The notes below the pieces were generated by a model. The model searched no databases, was not told the DNA's origin, and saw nothing but the letters and a program-made list of their open reading frames with translations. The position numbers and the translations under genes were made by a program. A stretch of DNA of 64,000 nucleotides from an uncultured Actinomycetota bacterium. GTDB taxonomy: Bacteria > Actinomycetota > Actinomycetes > Mycobacteriales > SCTD01. Location: the NCBI GenBank assembly GCA_963806415.1, contig CAWDYD010000003.1:3324-67323 (forward strand), given 5' to 3'. Below, in pieces: positions 57,574-64,000 of this stretch; positions within the stretch are counted from its first letter, which is position 1, and every line of letters begins with the position of its first letter.

Positions 57574-58197
57574 ATGGCAGCCCCGCAGCCCCGGCACGCG
57601 GCCCGGGCCAGCCGGAACGAGGGCCGGGCCCGGCGCGCGGCGCTGCTCGACGCCGGCGCCGAGCTGTTCGCCCGTCGCGGGCTGTCCGGCGTCGCGCTCA
57701 CCGACATCGCCGCGGCGGCCGACGCGTTCCCCAGCCAGGTGACGTACTACTTCGGCGGCAAGGAGCAGCTGTTCGTCGAGGTGGCCTGCCGGGAGCTGCT
57801 CCGGGTCGCCCGGACCGTCGAGCAGGCAGGCGCGGCCGCCGAGACCCCCGAGGAGTACGTCCGAGCCCTGGTCGGCGCCGCGGTCGGCGCGCCCGGCCTG
57901 CTCACCTTCGTCGAGGCGATGCTGCTCGCCCGCCGCCGCCGGGACCTGGCACCGACGATCGTGGCCACCTTCGCGCGCCTGCACGCCGAAGGGGAGCGGG
58001 CCGTGGCCGAGACGCTGGTCCGCCGCGGCTGGGCGCTGCGCACCTCGCCGGCCGTGGAGGCGCGGGCGTTCTGGGCCACCGTCCTCGGCGTCGCCCTCGA
58101 ACGGGCCGTCACCGGTGAGGACAGCACCGAGACCGCCGAGGCCGCCGTCCTGCTCGTCCTGAACCTGCACCCGACTCCCACCGGAGGAGCCCGATGA
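57574..58197 (+). CDS. TetR family regulator
   Basis: LLDAGAELF...DIAAAA...YYFGGKEQL; alternative start at 57550. Confidence 0.9.
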   Translation: MAAPQPRHAARASRNEGRARRAALLDAGAELFARRGLSGVALTDIAAAADAFPSQVTYYFGGKEQLFVEVACRELLRVARTVEQAGAAAETPEEYVRALVGAAVGAPGLLTFVEAMLLARRRRDLAPTIVATFARLHAEGERAVAETLVRRGWALRTSPAVEARAFWATVLGVALERAVTGEDSTETAEAAVLLVLNLHPTPTGGAR

Positions 58198-60026
58198 CCA
58201 CGCCCAGCCGCCCGCGCCCTGGAGCGCCCGTCTACCCCGACTTCTCGCTCGACGGCACCGGCAGCCCCAGTCGCTACCGGGCGTACGAGTCCGGGCGCGG
58301 GCTCAACTACTACACCGCCGACCCGGACCTCGCGGACACCCTGGACACCTACCTCGACCCGACCACCCGCGCCTGGGCGCAGGAGGTGCTCGTCGAGCTC
58401 GGCGAGCGGGCCGGCACCGAGCTGGTCCGGCGGGCCGACGTCTACGACGCGGCGGGGCACGAGCTGGAGCGCTACGACCGGCTCGGCCGCGACGTCAGCC
58501 GGGTCGCCTACCACCCCGACTGGCTGACCAGCCTGGACGAGGTGTTCGACTTCGGGCTGGTCGGCTGGAACCACGACCCGGACCGGCTGGCGCGCTACGG
58601 GGCGGCGCCCACCACGCTGCTCACCGCCTTCGACTACCTCGTCGGGCAGGCCGACATGGCGCTGTGCTGCCCGCTGGAGCTGGCGCACGGCACGGTCGTG
58701 GTGCTCGAGCAGTTCGCCACCCCCGAGCAGCGCGACCGGTTCCTGCCTGCGGTGGTGGCGACCGACGCCGCGCGGCGCCTGCAGGTCGCGCAGGTGGCCA
58801 CCGAGATCACCGGCGGCAGCGACGTCGGCGCCACCCGCACCGAGGCGGTGCGCACCGCCGACGGCGGCTGGGAGCTGACCGGCGAGAAGTGGTTCGCCTC
58901 CAACGTCGGCGCCGACCTCATCGTGACGATGGGCCGGGTCGACGCGGACGTCGCCGGGACCCGCGGGCTCGCGCTGTTCGTCGTCCCGCGCACCCGCGCC
59001 GACGGCACGCCGAACGGCGTGAGCATCCGCCGGCTCAAGGACAAGATGGGCACCATCGGCGTCCCGACCGGCGAGCTGATCCTGACCGGGGCCGAGGCGC
59101 ACCTGGTCGGCGAGGCCGACAGCGGCTTCCGCTACATGGCCGAGATGCTCAACCACACCCGCTACTGGAACGCCGTCGGCTCGGTGGGGATCATGCGCCG
59201 GGCGTACCTGGAGGCGGCGACGTACACCTCCCGGCGGGCCAGCTTCGGCACCACCCTCGACGCCTTCCCGATGATGCGCGAGCGCCTGGTCTGGCTGCAG
59301 GTCGACCTGGCCGCGACGACCGCGCTGATGTTCCACACCGGGGCGGCGCTGGACGCGTACCGCGACGGCGGGGACGACCGGGACGCGCTGCGGTTCCGGA
59401 CCCTGGCCCCGGTGATCAAGTACCGGGCGGGGGAGCAGAACGTCGACTTCGCGCGGGCCGCCGTCGAGATGCTCGGCGCCAACGGCTACATCAACACCTT
59501 CGGCACGCCGCGGCTCTACCGCGACGCACAGGTCAACCCGATCTGGGAGGGCACCAGCAACATCTGCGCGCTGGACCTGTGGCGCGCGGTGTCCAAGCAG
59601 CGCGGCGCCGAGCCGGTGCTGGCGGCCTGCGAGGCGATCGTCGCGGCGCTGCAGACCGAGCCGGCCCGCCGGCTGGGCGAGGCGGCGCTGGCCGGCGGCA
59701 AGGACGTCCGGGAGGCGATCGGGGCGCTGGCGGACGCGCCGCGGGCGCGGCAGGACCAGCAGGTACGCCGGCTCGCCGACCTGGTCGGCGACGTCGTGGC
59801 GCTCGCGGCGCTGGCCGCCGAGGTGGACACCGACGTACGGCTGCGCGGCGACCACCGGCGGGCCCTGCTCGCCGAGCTGCACGCCCGGCGGCTGACCCAG
59901 GCGCACACCCGGCTCGGGGCGGTGCTGGACGCCGGCGTCGGCGTGCCGGAGCTCTACCCGCTGCTGGTCGGCGAGGCGCCGGTCGACGCGGCCGCGTACG
60001 CGTCGGCGCTGGCCTCGCTCGGCTGA
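58194..60026 (+). CDS. Acyl-CoA dehydrogenase (AidB-like)
   Basis: TEITGGSDV, GEKWFASN, LKDKMG, RLYRDAQVNPIWEGTSN. Confidence 0.9.
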   Translation: MTTPSRPRPGAPVYPDFSLDGTGSPSRYRAYESGRGLNYYTADPDLADTLDTYLDPTTRAWAQEVLVELGERAGTELVRRADVYDAAGHELERYDRLGRDVSRVAYHPDWLTSLDEVFDFGLVGWNHDPDRLARYGAAPTTLLTAFDYLVGQADMALCCPLELAHGTVVVLEQFATPEQRDRFLPAVVATDAARRLQVAQVATEITGGSDVGATRTEAVRTADGGWELTGEKWFASNVGADLIVTMGRVDADVAGTRGLALFVVPRTRADGTPNGVSIRRLKDKMGTIGVPTGELILTGAEAHLVGEADSGFRYMAEMLNHTRYWNAVGSVGIMRRAYLEAATYTSRRASFGTTLDAFPMMRERLVWLQVDLAATTALMFHTGAALDAYRDGGDDRDALRFRTLAPVIKYRAGEQNVDFARAAVEMLGANGYINTFGTPRLYRDAQVNPIWEGTSNICALDLWRAVSKQRGAEPVLAACEAIVAALQTEPARRLGEAALAGGKDVREAIGALADAPRARQDQQVRRLADLVGDVVALAALAAEVDTDVRLRGDHRRALLAELHARRLTQAHTRLGAVLDAGVGVPELYPLLVGEAPVDAAAYASALASLG

Positions 60027-60072
60027 CCGCCGGCGGGCGGTTAGGGCCGTCCTGGGCGGAGAGAGCCGGGGA

Positions 60073-61080
60073 GTGCCCGATCCCCGCCCGTCCTGGCTCG
60101 CCGGCGCCGCGCTGCCGGTCACGGCCGCGACGGTCGGGCCGCTGCTGCGCGCGGCCAGGGCGGCCGGCGCGCTCGACCTGCCGCTGCCCGGCTCCGGCCG
60201 GCACGCTGCAGCGCTGGCGACGCGCTGGCCGAGCTGTCGGCCGTCGACCTCGTCGCTCGGACCGGCTCGCCGAGGCGCACGCCGACGCGGTCGCGATCCT
60301 GGCCGAGCTCGGCGGTCCGGCGCCCGACGGGGCTGTGGGGGGTGTGGGCCGCCGAGCCGCCGTCGGCCCGGGTCGAGGCGCGGCGCACCGACGGCGGCTG
60401 GACGCTGACCGGGCGCAAGGCGCTGGTGCTCGGGCGCCCGGCGTGCTCGACCGCGGCGCTCGTCACGGCGCACGCCGACGACGGCCGGCGGCTGTTCGCC
60501 GTCGACCTCGCCGACGTCGGAGACCGCGCCCGGGCACCTGGCCGGCCGTCGGGATGGCCGCCAGCGACTCGCGTCGACCGTCGAGCTCGCCGGCGTCCCG
60601 GCCGCGCCGGTCGGCGGCGCCCGGCGCGCTACCTCGACCGGCCCGGCTTCTGGCACGGCGGAGCGGGCGTGGCGGCCTGCTGGTACGGCGGCGCGCTCGG
60701 CGCGGCGCGGGTCCTGCTCGCGGCGGTGCGCGCCGGCGCCGCCGACCCGCACGCACTGGCCCACCTCGGCGCGGTGGACGCGCGCTCGTCGCGGGGCTCG
60801 GCGCCGCACCTCGCCGTCGCGGCCGCGCGAGGTCGACGCCGACCCGGCCGGCGACCGGCGCGCGGCTGCCGCGCGCCGCGGCTGCGCGCGCGGGTCGAGG
60901 CCGGCGCCACCGAGGTCCTCGACCGGGTCGGCCGGGCGCTCGGCGCCGGGCCGCTCTGCCTCGACCCGGTGCAGGCCCAGCGCGCCGCCGACCTGCCGGT
61001 CTACCTGCGCCAGTCGCACGCCGAGCGCGACCTCGCCGGCTGCTCGGCGCGCTGGCCGCGCTCGAGGCGCGCCGTGGTGA
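60073..61080 (+). CDS. Acyl-CoA dehydrogenase-like protein (many frameshifts)
   Basis: LPLPGSG, RLAEAHADA.AILAEL, WAAEPP, YLDRPGFWHGG.GVAACW, RALGAGPL, DLPVYLRQSHAERD. Confidence 0.8.
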
Positions 61081-61824
61081 CCGCGATCGACGGCGGACCG
61101 GGACGCCCGAGACGCGCCTGGCTGCCGTTCCTGGCCGGCTCGGACTGCCCGCCCTGGTCCTGGACCCGGCGCCGCACCGCGCGGTCGTCGTCGCGCCGCA
61201 CCCCGACGACGAGGTGCTCGGCGTCGGCGGCCTGCTGGCGCTGCTGGCCGCGGCCGGCACGCGCGTCGCAGGTGCGTCGCCGTGACCGACGGCGAGGCGA
61301 GCCACCCCGGCGGCTCGGTGCCGGCCCGGCCGAGCTCGCGCCGCGCCGGGTCGCCGAGACCGCGCGCGGCCCTCGCCGCCCTGGGCCTGCCGCCGGCCGT
61401 CACGCCGGCTCGGCCTGCCCGACGGCGGCCGCGCCGCGCTGCGAGGCGCCGGTGCGCGGAGGCGCTCGCCGCGCTGGACCCCGGCAGCTGGCTGCTCGGG
61501 CCGTGGTCCGGCGACGGTCACCCGGACCACGAGGCGGTCGGCCGGGCCTGCGTCGAGGCGGCGGCCCGGACCGGGGCGCCGGCTGCTCGCGTACCCGGTG
61601 TGGGCCTGGCACTGGGCCCGGCCCGGACGACCCGCGGGTGCCGTGGCGCCGGGCGCGGGCGGTGCCGCTGCCGGCGCCGGTGCGCGCGGCCAAGGCGCCG
61701 CGCGGTCGCCGGCCTTCGCGCACCCAGGTGGCGCCGCTCGGGCCGGGGCCGGCCGACGCGCCGGTGCTGCCGCCGACGCGTGCTCGCCCGCTTCGCCCGG
61801 CCCTACGAGGTGGTGTTCGCGTGA
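61077..61824 (+). CDS. PIG-L family deacetylase (frameshifts)
   Basis: VAPHPDDEVLG, TDGEASHP, DGHPDHEA, YPVWAWHW. Confidence 0.82.
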
Positions 61825-62415
61825 GCCTGCCGCCGGACTACTTCGACCGGATGTACGCGGCGGACGCCGACCCGTGGGGCTTCGCCAGCCGCTGGTACGA
61901 GCAGCGCAAGTACGCCCTGACGCTCGCCGCGCTGCCGCGCGCCGCGCTTCGCCGCCGGCGCTCGAGGTGGGCTGCTCGATCGGCGTGCTCACCGCCGCGC
62001 TGGCCGCGGCGCTGCGCCGCGCTGATCGCGCTCGACCCGAGCCGGGCGGCGCTGGAGGCCGCCCGCGGACCGCGTCCCGCCGTCGCGTCCGGCTGGTCCA
62101 GGGGTCGGTGCCGGACGGACTGGCCGGCCGGGCGCGTACGACCTCGTGGTGCTGTCCGAGGTGGGCTACTACCTCGACGCCGCCGACCTGGACCGGCTGC
62201 TCGGGCTGGTCGAGCGCGACCTGGCGCCGGGCGGCGACGGTCGTGGCCTGCCACTGGCGGCACCCGGTCGCGGACTACCCGCTGACCGGCGACGCGGTGC
62301 ACGCGGCGCTGGCGCGCTGGCCGCGGCTGAGCCGGGTCGAGGAGGAGGACTTCCTGCTCGACGTGCTGGTGCCGGGCGGCGCCGTCAGCGTGGCCCGGCG
62401 GAGGGGCTGCTCTGA
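61821..62415 (+). CDS. SAM-dependent methyltransferase, NodS-like (frameshifts)
   Basis: YFDRMY..DPW...WYEQRK, LEVGCSIG, VVLSEVGYY, CHWRH. Confidence 0.82.
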
Positions 62416-62438
62416 CGACGCCGGGCCGGCGCCCGACG

Positions 62439-63115
62439 GTGCGGCGCGGTCGGCGTCGTGGTGCCCGCGCACGACGAGCGGCTGCTGCTGCCGGCCTGCC
62501 TCGCCGCGCTCGCGGGTCGCCGCGGCGCACCCGGCGCTGCGCGGCCTCGCGGTGCACGTGGTGCCGGTGCTGGACGCGTGCAGCGACGACAGCGGCGAGG
62601 TCGCCCCGGGAGCGCTGGAGGTCACGGCCCGCAACGTCGGGATCGCCCGGGCGGCGGGCTTCGCCGAGGTGCTGCGGCGCGAGGCCGGCCGGCCGCCGGG
62701 CGAGCTGTGGCTCGCCACGACCGACGCCGACTCGACGGTGCCCGCCGACTGGCTCGCCGAGCAGCTGCGGCTGGCCCGGGGCGGGGCCGAGGTCGTCGCG
62801 GGCACGGTGCGGGTCGCGGACTGGTCCGAGCAGCCCGGCCGCGGTCCGGGCGCGGTTCGCCGCGCACGCTACGGCGCGCCGGGGGCCGGGCACGTGCACG
62901 TGCACGGCGCGAACCTGGGCCTGTCCGCGGCGGCGTACCTCGACGCCGGCGGCGTGCCGCCGCTGGCGCTGGCCGAGGACCAGGCGCTGGTGGACACGCT
63001 GCGCGCCCGGGCGAGGCGGCTGGTCGCGACCGGGCGGATCCCGGTCACCACCAGCGCCCGGCGGGAGAGCCGCACGACCGGGGGGTTCGCCGACCACCTG
63101 CGCGCGCTGCACTGA
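62439..63115 (+). CDS. Glycosyltransferase family 2 (frameshifts; start uncertain)
   Basis: VVVPAHDE, LDACSD, NVGIAR, TTDADS, HVHGANLG, AEDQAL, TSARR. Confidence 0.82.
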
Positions 63116-63697
63116 CCCGGCGGGGCTTCCCCTTGGTTGCGTCGGGGCCTCCCCATTGTTGCGACGGGAGCCTCGGCCTGCTGCGCGCCCGGTGCCGGCT
63201 CGGCCCGCACCCGGCCCGGTCCCAGCCGCACATCCGGCTCCCGCCCGCTGCGCGCCCGCATGCTCGCGGGGTTTCGGCGTCCACCTCACGCCTGCTCCGA
63301 GACGGTCACGCTGCGGCCGCGCCTTCGCCGCCGGGGTGGACGCCGAGACCACCAGCTCGGCGACACGGGCACGAGCCGGGTCGCCGGTGGCCGGGCCGAG
63401 CTCGCCGGCGGTCACGCTTCACGCCCCGCGGGGGCCGCCCGGGCACCCCTAGTGGTCGCGGCGTCCGCCGTCCGGCCCCTGGGTCATGCCGTCAGCGTGA
63501 CCGGGGCACCCGCGCCCCGAGGTGGACGTCGACACCACTGGAGGGGACGGCGGCCCGGCCCGAACCGGGGCGAACCGCACCTCGGCCCGGACCGGCCGTG
63601 GACACGTCCAGCCCTGCCTGGCCCGCCGAATGACCGGCGCGCGCCGCCGGGCGTGGGATCATCTGCTCCGCAACGGGGTCGAGGCGAGGAGACCGGG

Positions 63698-64000
63698 GTG
63701 AGGGGACCAGCGGACTGGTGGCGCTCGTTCCGGCTGCCCTGGGCCGGCGCCGGCCGGCACGACCCCCGGGTGCACGCCGAGGCAGTCCTCCGCGAGACCC
63801 GGCAGTTCTACATCGCGCTCGACGAGGACGGCGTCGTACGGGCCTGGAACCAGGCGGCCACCCGGATCTTCGGCTGGACGCAGGAGCAGGCGCTCGGCGT
63901 CGACCTGGAGTCGCTGGTGGTGCCACCCGAGCACCGGCCGGCGCACTCGGACGGCATCCGCGCGTTCGTCCGGACCGGCCGGGGTCGTGGCATCGACGGG
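63698..64000 (+). CDS. PAS-domain sensor protein, N-terminal part (runs off the window)
   Basis: Own translation after GAGGAG RBS: ...FYIALDEDGVVRAWNQAATRIFGWTQEQALG..L..LVVP; absent from the ORF track because there is no stop. Confidence 0.8.
   Translation, partial: MRGPADWWRSFRLPWAGAGRHDPRVHAEAVLRETRQFYIALDEDGVVRAWNQAATRIFGWTQEQALGVDLESLVVPPEHRPAHSDGIRAFVRTGRGRGIDG

Noticed and set aside
63540-63697. c-di-AMP (ydaO) riboswitch upstream of the PAS gene
   Set aside because: Only fragments (GCCGAAT, GAACCGGGG) in the wrong order; core not recognisable
57276-64000. Integrative element at tRNA-Asn
   Set aside because: No integrase, no duplicated tRNA 3' end and no obvious composition shift within the window

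Overview
Very GC-rich actinobacterial chromosome segment. It starts at the end of an rRNA operon (5S rRNA plus terminator) and follows the conserved actinomycete backbone leuS-DegV-comEA-comEC-holA-rpsT-lepA-hemW-hrcA-dnaJ-rsmE-HIT-phoH-ybeY-hemolysin-cdd-era-recO-uppS-glyQS-ppdK-dgt-dnaG-sigma70-tRNA-Asn. Many genes, including rpsT and lepA, are broken by single-base indels clustered at about 10.5-16.5 kb and 60-63 kb; these are most likely read/assembly errors. Accessory content: plsY, an ATP-grasp/alpha-E/transglutaminase operon with GlnR-like boxes, a secreted 7-repeat beta-propeller, a stress-type cluster with topoisomerase IB, and an ACAD-like/PIG-L/methyltransferase/GT2 cluster. The most unusual locus (42.5-44.0 kb) is an AbiEi-wHTH/DUF559-like nuclease gene flanked by palindromic units GCTTGTCTGCC-N37-GGCAGACA(A/T)GC with an invariant 37-nt spacer. 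One unit lies upstream and two lie downstream in tandem, followed by a 44-nt purine-only tract; this is a candidate REP/REPIN-like system. All calls come from reading motifs by eye; no database searches were run.
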